A program made the position numbers and the translations under genes. Positions 53,131 to 64,000 of a stretch of DNA of 64,000 bases are shown here, in pieces (positions within the stretch are counted from its first letter, which is position 1; each line of letters starts with the position of its first letter). The notes under the pieces are model-generated. The model was not told the DNA's origin, made no database searches, and saw only the letters and a list, made by a program, of their open reading frames with translations. This DNA comes from Marsupella aquatica (lineage: Eukaryota; Plantae; Marchantiophyta), in contig OZ316892.1 of NCBI GenBank assembly GCA_973895155.1, positions 19,603,869 to 19,667,868 of the forward strand, read 5' to 3'.

Positions 53131-56100
53131 ATTATGAGGGCATCATTAATTTAATTTGATCTATTGATGGGATTTGCATAGGACCCTAAACCCTAAACCT
53201 TTGCTGTGAAAGTTGACTGTCACCTTCAACCTTAGACGGGCTGCAAGCTTTCACAAATTCCTAGGTGACAATCAGCAGCACAAACTAAGGTCCCAGGTTG
53301 ACTGTTAAAGGTGACAGTCACTTTCAAGTTGAGACAAATGTGTAAACATTTGTATCATTTTGTGAATAAAAAATGAGGCTTGAAAAACCATATCAATTTC
53401 AGCTGTTTTTCGGCAGTTCTCAGCCCAAAATGCTTCTCGTTTTTGCTGCTGAGGCCTCTATAGTAAACTTCAGGCCAGCAGCAAAGGGGGAGGGCGAGGG
53501 AGGCCTGTGGGTTAATCTGCAGCCAGTGGTGCCTCACGACTTGGCAGTGGGAAGCCCTAACCAATGAGACCAAATGTTTTTAAACCATAGTTGAGTTAGT
53601 GATAACCCATGTACTAAATGGGGAACATGTTAAAAGAATTGAATAATTTGGGGGACAGGTTACTAATAGAAAACTGTTCTTTTGAATGCCCCTCGTACGC
53701 TTGGCGGCGATCACAATTTCTAGCATGGGCACGCTCACTTTTCACAGCCTCCCCTACGGCAGTCTCTTGGTATTCAACATATTTTCTTTTGTCATTATAA
53801 CACTTTTAAAAGTCGAGTGACACAGTTGCAAGCATTATCTTAGATATTGCTCTTTGTAATAGACTCGTCAGACTTTATTTCTTCCCCAAATTTAAAACTA
53901 CACACTAGAACCAAAAAGGCTCAAACTGGATCTACAATTGCACAGGCTAGACAGTCCAATGATATTTTCTGTCGATCTCGCCTGGGACACAGATGGAAAA
54001 GCTCATTAAAGGCCGGTGCGGATCAATTTGTATGGAATTGTACCCCTATCAATTTGTATGGAATTGTCCTCTTGAATCTGACGCCGTAGCTGCTGTTCAG
54101 CCTTCTTCATTTTTTGGTTATAAGATAATAGGAAGGATTCTGTGCCCTAAAGAGCATCTCCCCACCTGTTTGATGGCCAAGCTCCCCAAATCATAGAGAT
54201 TTAGGTGCCTGTTATAGGACTCATATTTATATACTGCCATTGTAAAACTGAGATGGGAGAAAAACTGACATGCCCCTGAAAAACCCCAAGCTGACCCTCC
54301 ATTCCCGAAATCGTGCATTCGTACTTTCAGATGAATCCGTCTCGATCGTCTGCAAGTCGGTACCGGTCGTGTCACTTCTACTGTCGATGCTAATGGAGGT
54401 CTGAATGGCGGGTTCGTTTGGCGATTGCCATTATCGCTAAAACCGGCAGTCGGCAGTTGTAAACATTTGCCACTACAGGGTACCGACGGGTGGGGGAACG
54501 CGACAGCCAAATATTCTCTCCATTTGATTCATCTAGCGGTATAGAGTGCGAAACGGGGCACCACTGGAGATGCTCGAAGTTGTTCCAGCTGGTCAAAGCA
54601 ACCCACATGGCCAAGATGTGAGTACTTTCTCAACATGTACAGTAGTTTTCTGTCCGCGAGAAAACTGACAGAAACTAACACTAATATGCCTTCAGATGAT
54701 CGTAGTCCTCGGTACTGGAGTTCTGTATGGAAAAAAATTGCAACAAGAGTAGAGTACAGTGAGGAGAAGAAAACAAAACTAGATAGTAAATTCGGAACTG
54801 TGAAATTATACACAATCATATTCATTCATCTTACGACGTAGTACATCAAATCGTAAATTGTTAGCGGGATTGTTAGCAGGCCGGGACGAATGGGCCGAGA
54901 ATGTAAAGTCATTTAAAGGTAGACTAGAATCATTCAGTCGTAATCCGTATCACAAGGTCGAGCATGTCTACATTTAGCTAGCTCATCATATCAACTTCAA
55001 GTCCTGTCCCTGGAAACTAGTTTCAAATTGAGCTCGATCTCCAGGTATAGCTTAGTTGGCAGCTTTACCGTCGTGGAGGTGCCATGGTTGCCATCCCTTG
55101 AACTAGTTGGTATGGTCACTCTAGAGTCGGTGGGTGATCGATTTCCAGCTGGCTCATAATTTGTCTCACACCGGATTCACCCATGCTATGCCACTGTCCT
55201 CCGGAGTACCGCGGCTCATCGTATCACACTGCACATTCCATTCACCCATGCTCTTGAAGGGGCCCAATCGACCTCGCCCTAGAGTACGTCTAGACCCGAG
55301 ACAATGGCAACTTCGAACTTCTGGGCCGCTGAATTCGTGGCGTGAGTTGGCAGGCAATCTGCGTGACGTAGGAGGTCCTCCCGATTCGCTCCCACCGCTT
55401 CACCAGTGGACAGAACTTGAACACAATCAATGGTGGCGGTCAATTTCTATTCGAAATGGTATTCGAAGTGCAAATCTTCCATATTGGGACTACGGGCCTA
55501 GGACCAAACTCGCTTCCCAATGCCATCGAGGATACGGGCAATGAGGACCGTTCAAGGATGAGTCTATGCTACATAATAGCCTGCGTACTCTCCATCAATT
55601 TTACTGTTCGGTGTCTCGTGATTGACTAGACTAAGGAAACGTTGGCCCAGTGCTTACGTTCGGAGGTCAGGCAGGGATCCACTTTCAGAAAGTCTGCAAC
55701 GACTCTCCTTCATATACATAATTATACAAATCTACTCGAGAAAATTGATTCGACTTTGCAAGCAAAGCATGTTTAATCACTATAATCTGGCCCACATTAT
55801 TTCTAGAGATCAGAACAAGATTTTAGCCCTTCCACAACGAGCTGAAAGATTCGGTAGGCGCAAGCGACGATAGCCCACGAGCCCAGTACGGCAGTCCTCG
55901 GCCCACTGCGAGACCGAAAACGCTTTAGTAAACTGCAAATTGCGAAGTACAGCTGCGTTATTTCGAAACTGTTAGTAGTATAGTAGTTCATGCCGATCAT
56001 GTAGTAGCTATTTGTACGTAGTAGTACTATGCTTCTTCAATGTACGGCACCAGTTTAATAGCGAGGGAATCAGGAGATCTCTGTCGCCGGTCTGCTGGGC

Positions 56101-56784
56101 GGAATCATGGGAACTACGGGAGGCAGAGATTATGCTACGGTAGCTGTGACCGCAGCTGGACTGATCGTTGCGGCAAAGGTCCGGACAGAATCGCAGAATC
56201 CCCTCATGGACTCAATCATGGGAATTCAGGGAGACGAGTCCCTGTTTTGTCATTAAATGTAACTTGGTTTTCCCCCACACCTCACCGGAAGACTCTCCTC
56301 GTTTTTGTGTCCCATTTTTTTCAGGCCAGCCTTTTTGGGTCCCCTGGCTGCCCCTGCCCATCCCATGCTTGGGCAGCCCTTAAAACCTCGCCCTTTTTGG
56401 TAACCCCTTTATTTATATATTTTTATTTCTATATTTTTATTTTAAATAATGGTTTCTCTGGCCCGCTCTCTAGCCATTCGTCAGATTTTTCTGACTGTAT
56501 TTTGAAAGTTTGAAACATGGAAATAAAACCCAAGACCAAAGAGCCAAATAAGGCGAGAGTAGTACTACTTTAAGGTACCTAATATTTACTCTCTTTAGTT
56601 ATTCCATCTCAAATTTTTTGGGAGTACTCACACCTGAAAGTATTTCTCCAAAGCATAGTCTTACCTGAACTTTAGTAAGGCAAGTCAATGGTTTTGGGTA
56701 CTATTTTTTAAAATTTGTTTTCTGTAAATAAATTATGTGTGATTTAAACAATTCTTTGATGCTATTTTGCCAAAAAAAGGAGTA

Positions 56785-58692
56785 CCGTACCTCATTTCAA
56801 ATGGCGTCTTGAATCCAATAGAACTGGATGGAGAAAAATTTACCAAATAAGCTGCAGTGTTGACAACTTCAGCCCAAAACTCATGTGGTAAGCATGATTG
56901 ACTCAACATACTCCTTGAGCGGTCCAATAGTGTTCGGTTGAGTCTCTCAGAAACACCATTCTGTTGAGGAGTATAACTTGTTGTGAGATGACGGGTAATC
57001 CCCTGCTCCTTACAATACGTTCCAAATTCACCAGAACTGTATTCACTGCTGTTATCCGATCGAAGATATCTCACCTTATTACCAGTCTGATTCTCAACTT
57101 GGGCTTTCCACTCCTTAAAAGTGGCAAAAATATGAGACTTATTGTGTAGAAAGTATATCCACACATACCTTGAGTAATCGTCAATGAACGTGACATAGTA
57201 TAACCGTCCAGAATGTGAAGGAGTAGGGGCTGGACCCCACACATCACTATGTACATACTCAAGTACCTCCTTGCTGGTGTGAGTTCCAACTCCGAAGGGT
57301 TTCCTGTGCTGCTTCCCTAGCACACAGTGCTCACAAAATTCCAACTTACAAGATTGCAAATTAGAAAGTAATCCTTTCTTCTGAAGAATAACCAAACCTT
57401 TTTCACTCATGTGGCCCAAACGGAAGTGCCACAGCCGGGCCGTCTCTTCATGAGATAAGGTTACATTGGCTTCATCACAAACTACACTGCCCTCTAAAAC
57501 GTATAGATTGCTACATCTCTTTCCCTTCAATACAACTTTAGTACAAGTTGAAACCTGAAGGACACCATTAGCAAAGCTCCACTGATGGCCATTTGCTTCT
57601 AAAACTCCAAGTGAAATGAGATTTTTCATCATGCTGGGAATATGTCTCACATTCCTCAACGTTCTCACAACACCATCAAACATCTGAAATCTTACAGATC
57701 CAAGTCCAACAACTTGACATGGGATTCCATTTCCCATCAACACTGACCCGTTGGAAACCGTGTAAGAACTGAAATAATCTCTCCTAGAGCAAATGTGAAA
57801 AGTACATGCACTATCTAGAATCCAGTCATCACTACCTAGATTTGACACTACGTTGAGAGCATAACCTTGACATCATAAGATGTCATCATCATCGAGTAAA
57901 TCTACCTCATGCGAGCTTGATGCCGCGTTAGCAGAGGCAGTGGGGACCTTTACTCGACAATCCCTTTTCATGTGGCTTGACTTGCCACAATTCCAACATG
58001 CAAGAGGCTTCCTCTCTTGCGATTTCCCTCTAGATTTAGATCTCCCCCGTGATGTAGATCTAAACCTGTTCTGCCCATTCGTGCGCTGCGCTGCTCTTTC
58101 CCTGTTCACATTGAGCGCAGTGCCAGAAGAAGATGCTGTCTGTGATTGACCCAACTTCTTCTGAGCATCATCAGACAGCAAGGAGCTCACCACCTCATTA
58201 TACAAAATGGACTTCAGATCTCTGTACAAGAGCACCTGTTTCAAGCCCTGATATGACGGCGGTAAGGAGCTTAGCAGAAGCAAGGCCTTATCCTCATCTT
58301 CAACTCCTTTTCCCAGGTTTGACAGATCCACCGCAAGACTGTCAAATTCATCCAGGTGATCCTGCATCTTGCTCCCTTCCTTGAGCATGAGGCTCATCAA
58401 GAGAGACTTCTTGTACAGCCGGTCTAACGCATCTTCCCGATAGTACTTCTCTCTTAGAGCCTTGAACAGTGACGCACAATCTGCATAATCATCCAGCTGC
58501 TTGATGATGTGCGTCTTGAGATATAGCATCACTGCATTGACAGCAATCACCTGCTCCTGTCTCCATTGTCTCACACAAATCTCCTCCTCTCCATCATACT
58601 GTTCTCGCGATGAAAGCAGATGAGCTAAGCCCATGGCCCGTAGAACACCCTTCACTTGCTTCTCCCACAGCAAATAATCAGTATGACCATCT
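56785..58692 (-). mobile_element. Ty1/copia 5' coding half (gag, protease, GAG-pre-integrase, partial integrase), inverted
   Basis: DGHTDYLLWEKQVK gag, CWNCGKSSHMKRDC zinc knuckle, WILDSAC protease, LWHFRLGH...CEHC HHCC, VHSDVWGP, TPQQNGVSER. In-frame TGA at 57875-57873. Confidence 0.95.
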
Positions 58693-58695
58693 TCT

Positions 58696-61600
58696 TTTGC
58701 AATCTTGTAAGTTGGAATTTTGTGAGCACTGTGTGCTAGGGAAGCAGCACAGGAAACCCTTCGGAGTTGGAACTCACACGAGCAAGGAGGTACTTGAGTA
58801 TGTACATGGTGATGTGTGGGGTCCAGCCCCTACTCCCTCACATTCTGGACGGTTTTACTATGTCACGTTTATAGACGATTACTCAAGGTATGTATGGATA
58901 TACTTTCTACATAATAAATTTGATATTTTTGCCACTTTTAAGGAGTGGAAAGCCCAAGTTGAGAATCAGACTGGTAATAAGGTGAGATATCTTCAATCGG
59001 ATAACGGTGGTGAATACAGTTCCAGGGAATTTGGAACGTATTGTAAGGAGCAGGGGATTACCCGCCATCTCACAACAAGTTATACTCCTCAGCAGAATGG
59101 TATTTCTGAGAGACTCAACCGAACACTGTTGGACCGCTCAAGGAGTATGTTGAGTCAATCATGCTTACCACATGAGTTTTGGGCTGAAGCTGTCAACACT
59201 ACAGCTTATTTGGTAAATTTTTCTCCATCCAGTTCTATTGGATTCAAGACGCCGTTTGAAATGAGGTACGGGCGTCCAGCAGATTACTCACATCTAAGGA
59301 TTTTTGGATGTGATGCTTATGTGCTTACACCTTCCCAGCTTCGATCCAAGCTGGAGTCCAAGTCAAAGAAGTGCATTTTCCTTGGCTATCAGAAAGGTGT
59401 GAAGGGTTATAGGTTATGGGATCCAGTAACCTGTAAACTAATTGTCAGTAGAGATGTGTCCTTTAATGAATCCAGATCATCAAAGGAGGGGGAGAGTTCT
59501 CATGACTCCCATACTGACAAGGGGAAATCTCCCATCCCGGACCGGGTTGAGGGGGAGATTAGTCATGATGGGTGTTCATGACAGGAGAGATGGAGAAGCT
59601 CTTGGCTTGGAGCTGATTCCTGTGATGGAACAAGAGGAGCAGATTGTTGTTGGGGTACCTCAAATTCAGCCAGCAATAGCAGATCAGCCTGAGTCATCTA
59701 CTAGAAGAACTTCCAGTCGTTCTACTAGAGCTCCTACCAGGTATGGTCAATGGGCAGACTCATCTAAGCTAGATGAAATTGACATTACACCTGATGATGA
59801 TGACATGGCTTTGATCTTGGAAGAAGGAGAGCCTTCTTTGTACAGTGAGGCTTGTGCTTCAGAGCAGAAGCATGAGTGGAATGCAACATTGCAGAGGGAG
59901 TTGCAATCTTTGAGTGACAACAAGACATGGGAGTTGGTGGAACTTCCAAAAGGTCAGCAAATGGTGGACAGCAAATGGATTTACAAGTTGAAGGACAGTC
60001 CTTCAGAAGGTGGAGATAAGATCTACAAGGCACGGCTTGTTGCCAAGGGGTTCACTCAGGAGAAAGGAGTGGACTACAATGAGGTCTTTTCACCGGTGGC
60101 TAAGTATTCCACAATTCGGATCTTGTGTCAGCTTGTTGTGTTTTTTAATTTGGTGATGGATCAGATGGATGTTGTTACAGCTTTTCTCTATGGCAACTTA
60201 GAAGAGTTGATCTTCATGAGACAGCCACTAGGCTTTATGAAGAAGGGCCAAGAGAACTTAGTTTGCAGATTGCTCAAGTCCTTGTATGGATTGAAGCAAT
60301 CTCCCAGACAGTGGAACAAGTGGTTTGATGATTTCATGCTTGCTCAAGGTTTTACAAGGATGGTGTATGATCCTTGTGTGTATACGAAATCAGTCAAGAA
60401 TGATGTGTTTGGTTTCATCATTCTGGTGATCTATGTGGATGACATGCTGATGTGGCTAAAGATCAATCTGAGGTTGACACTCTCAAGGCGAAATTGAGTG
60501 CTGAATTCAGGATGAAGGATCTTGGTAAGGCCAAGAGAATCTTAGGGATGGAGATTTTTAGGAACTCTGAGACTGGACAGTTGTGCTTGAGTCAAGGCCA
60601 ATATGTGAGGAAAGTACTTGCACGATTCAACATGGAAAACTGTAAGCCAGTGATTATTCCTTTAGCTTCACATTTCAAGTTATCATCGGCTTTCTCTCCT
60701 ACGGATGCTGTGGAGAAAAGTCTGATGTATTTGATGACTTGTACTAGGCCTGACTTGGCCCTAGCGATGGGCAAGGTTAGCAGATTCATATCAAATCCAG
60801 GGAAGGTACACTGGAAAGCTGTGAAGTCGATTCTCAGGTATGTGAGGGGAACACAGGACTATGGATTACTATTTGATAACAGATCAGATAGAACGTTAGT
60901 TGGCTATGTAGATTCTAACTATGGAGGCTGTTTGGATACAAGGAGGTCTACAACTGGGTTTGTATACACTCTTGGAGGAGGATGTATCAGTTGGAAATCT
61001 ACCTTGCAGAAGTGCATTTCTCAGTCTACTACAGAAGCAGAGTATGTTGCAGCAGCAGAAGCAGCAAAGGAAGCAATTTGGTTGGATAAGTTGATCGCGG
61101 AGATGGGTTTAGAGCATGGCAAAATGACTCTAAACTGTGATAGTCAAAGTGCTCTTCACTTGGCTGCTAACCAGGTGATGGATAACAGGGTGAAGCACAT
61201 TGATATCAGGTACCATTTTATCAGGCAAGTAGTGTCTGATAAAACTTTTGAGCTAGTCAAGATTGATGGAAAGCTCAATCCCGCTGATGCCTTTACCAAA
61301 GTGATACCTTTGGAGAGTTTCTCAAGACACCGTGCTACTTTGCAAGTTTTGCAGTTGTAGTACAAGTAGAGTTATTTAGCAATGTGTGACTATTTGTATA
61401 TGGATTACTCATTCCTGTTTGGCTACGGTTTAGTTCTAGTTAACCCTTGTGGTTTTTAGGGGGAGACCTGGTTTGGTGATTGTCTAGAACTTCCCGCTGA
61501 GGATTCCATATGGTAACATTTAGTCCAGTCCCCAAGACAAGAGTCAAGGGGGAGTTTGTTAGATATTGCTCTAGTCTTGTGACTCATGAGCTAACTACAG

Positions 61601-61901
61601 TTAGGCTAACTCGGGTTAGGACTTAGCTAATGTTAGCGGTAGTGCTATTGTGCATATAGCCAGGGCTGATGCCAGACCCTGGAGGAACTTAGGCTCATTG
61701 TTACGGAGCTAGTTGAGAAATAGGGAGAGCTTGTGCTGTGGATGCTTGGTATGGCCGGTCGGCCTAGAGTGCAGTAAAGCTCTTGTGTGTTCCCGTGGAC
61801 GTAGCCTCATGTGGAGGTGAACCACGTATCTCTCTGTGTCGACTATTGTGCGTTGGATGGTTCACTGGGCTTGCCGTTACGAATGTCGTCTATGCTCAAC
61901 A
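58696..61901 (+). mobile_element. Ty1/copia 3' half: integrase, RT, RNase H, PPT and 3' LTR; frameshifted
   Basis: Integrase (GVKGYRLWD), RT (YKARLVAKGF, QMDVVTAFL, SLYGLKQ, YVDDML), RNase H (STTEAEY, KHIDIRYHF, NPADAFTK) to 61360. PPT AAGGGGGAG at 61546-61554; LTR TGTT...AACA at 61557-61901. Confidence 0.97.
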
Positions 61902-62097
61902 ATCAGCGAGGCACCCGGATTTCACCCAAACCACTGGTTCACCTTACTAAAGTTCACGGAAGACTATTCTTTGGAGAAATTGGGGAAAGACATAGAAATG
62001 GGATAAGGGAAAGAGTAGATGCTTGCCATAAACACTTCTTCGTGTCATGGCAACTTTGTTCACCACCCCTACTCAACAAACAGTTAGCAGCATGAAG

Positions 62098-62354
62098 GGT
62101 GGGGTTTTAAGGGCTGCCCAGGCATGGGATGGGCAGGGGCAACGAGGGAACCCAAAAAGGTTGGCCTGAAACTGAATTGTGACACAAAAATGAGGAGAAT
62201 CTTCAAGTGGGGTGTTGGGCAGGAAGGGTGTGATTTTAAGGGCTGCCCAGGCATGGGATGGGCAAGGGCAAGGAGGGAACCCAAAAAGGCTGGCCTGAAA
62301 CTGAATTGTGACACAAAAATGAGGAGGGTCTTCCGGTGGGGTGTGGGGGAGAGG
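62098..62354. repeat. About 129-bp tandem duplication of the inner part of the right TIR
   Basis: TTTTAAGGGCTGCCCAGGCATGGGATGGGCA...CTGAAACTGAATTGTGACACAAAAATGAGGAG at about 62105 and 62234. Confidence 0.9.
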
Positions 62355-63659
62355 TGCATTTAATGACAAAACAGGGACTAGTGTCCGTGAATATCATGGG
62401 AGGTGGGCAGTAATATGCCTCCAGCAGTCATTCCATTTGCTTGGCAAATCAATTAATCAGCTTTTGTAAAATAAAGTTCTATGGAAGAAGCAGGCAGGCA
62501 TTTAGGCTGTCTCGGACGGACAATAAGGCATCAGGGGCACCCACGGAAGGGCACACATTGCATGCAAACCCCGCTGGTCTCCTCTTTATGCGCAAAAGAG
62601 ATCTGAACATGAGGCTCAGCACCTTCTACATCCCCACCACCATCAGTTCTCACCGAGAGGTTCCATACCGCTAACGCTACACAGTCATCGGGGCAGCTCA
62701 ATTACCACGTTACCAAGATATCCGGACATTACCCGCCGTACATGTTGCGCAGAAAGTGTAGGGCACACGGATCCACAGCTAGACCTCAGAGACTACTCCA
62801 ACCAAAGGTCCATATGAAGCTTCTTTATATAGAGCTCAACTAAAAAACAATGACTATGAGCGAGAGAGACTCAGCAATGACTCACGAGAGACAGGCGAGA
62901 GTACCTATTTTGCTATTGGCTACATAGGAGCTTCTGCAGGCTGGGGCCAGCATTAGCTTGCTGAACGATCTGATTGTATGAAAATGAACAATGCACTTCT
63001 TCTTCCCTGATGAGTGATGACTGTACTTTACTACAACAAGTGTTTTGGGCACGCGGCAGTCCCTGAAAATCAAGCCAATAGTCCTCAGGAATTAGGAAGG
63101 CCACCTGAGGACCAGCAACCTCGCAACGCGCCAAGCCTCATTCCATATGCTGCTCACTCGAAAACCAAGCCATTGATTGAACACAGCACTACTCGGTCTA
63201 CCATAATCGTGAAGCTAATCCCTGACTGTCTTTTTCATGAAATGCTCATGAATGTAATTTTCTTCTTAAAAGTGGGCCTGTCATCCCTTCCCCTACTGCT
63301 TGCATCTGTGGGGCATCCCTAGCTTCCTCAGCAGCTAGCAACCGTAGGTCGTCCCTAGCTTCCTCACGAGACTGAAATTGTGGGTCTTCCCTAAGTTTTA
63401 ATAGTAGTGTGACATTCTCGAAGGCGCTTTTGATGGCATTGAATCTCACCGTATGTGTACGTGAATTTCCATCTGTGGTTTTTCATTTCTTTTATCAAGA
63501 TCTACATAACGCTCATTTGGGTCACGTCGGTATGGACGGAAATGCTATGTTGTGAAAGCCGGTGGGCTATACCTATCACTGACTAGCCGATCGAGCTCCT
63601 CAGTGTATAGTCAGAGTTGAGAGTTGGCCTATGAGTAGTCCGAGCATTTTGTAGGCGAG

Positions 63660-63900
63660 TTATGTGGAGTAGTTGAAAGTAGCACGTTGTTCTTGGCATA
63701 GCAGCATTGATTGCAGGCAATGACAGTATTGTGGAACTTAGTTTGCATCCCAAGACATGTTCATTTGGACAGTACTGCCAAAAAGTTCCTCCAATTGAAC
63801 AACTTGACATTCACAATGTCCATGCTTGACGGAACTTTAATCGAAGCTTCTATTGTAGCTTATAGGCGCTTAAATCTCTTCACCTTGCAGTCTAAGCAAT
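63660..63900 (+). pseudogene. Possible decayed RI-type LRR fragment
   Basis: One frame reads LGIAALIAGNDSIVELSL...IEQLDIH...ALKSLHL between stops; pattern match only. Confidence 0.2.
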
Positions 63901-64000
63901 ATATTGAGGGGCACTTTTATTCCTTCCTTGCATCTCTCAATCTCCACACACAGTAGATTTACGGTCTTTGGCTAAAGTTCACATGTAGTACAAAATGAGA

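Larger units (their letters stand above)
51304..53676. mobile_element. Non-autonomous MULE-like element (outer), long diverged TIRs
   Basis: 51304-about 51520 is the reverse complement of about 53445-53676 (ACTAACTCAACTATGGTTTA, TTAGGGCTTCCCACTGCC, TGTCCCCCAAA). Direct repeat TTCTTTTGAA at 51294-51303 and 53677-53686. Confidence 0.7.
56224..62392. mobile_element. MULE-like non-autonomous shell (about 170-bp TIRs) containing the rearranged copia
   Basis: 56224-56393 is the diverged reverse complement of 62226-62392 (AGTCCCTGTTTTGTCATTAAATG, CCCATCCCATGC, TGGGCAGCCCTTAAAA). 9-bp direct repeat ATCATGGGA at 56215-56223 and 62393-62401. Confidence 0.75.

Noticed and set aside
53185-53198. CCCTAAACCCTAAA as an interstitial telomere
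   Set aside because: Only two units, inside a TE.
55134-55544. LPYWDY as a tyrosinase/polyphenol oxidase motif
   Set aside because: No upstream copper-binding FLPWHR-type motif; likely chance.

Overview
Eukaryotic land-plant genomic DNA with GT-AG introns. A bryophyte/liverwort-grade plant is my inference from gene style; it cannot be proven here. Host genes: an intronless 853-aa repeat protein with a C-terminal TM segment and a KASH-like '...YYIRPT' tail, a two-exon secreted DUF3455-like gene, a single-exon F-box gene, chloroplast FKBP16-4, histone H3.3, SRP72, and a CPYC glutaredoxin whose last exon I could not find. Much of the window is transposon-derived. Two inverted copies of one PIF/Harbinger element (44-bp TIRs, TTA target) bracket a 26.5-kb four-gene block, and each copy has lost a different DDE residue. 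Also present are Tourist- and Stowaway-like MITEs, a long-TIR element holding a copia solo LTR, a three-level nest (tRNA-derived SINE inside a MULE-like element inside another), and a MULE-like shell holding a rearranged Ty1/copia with a 576-bp inverted integrase duplication. I found no convincing wholly new multi-gene system. The best leads are the KASH-like repeat protein, the DUF3455 gene, the fold-back copia and the Harbinger pair. All alignments were done by eye.
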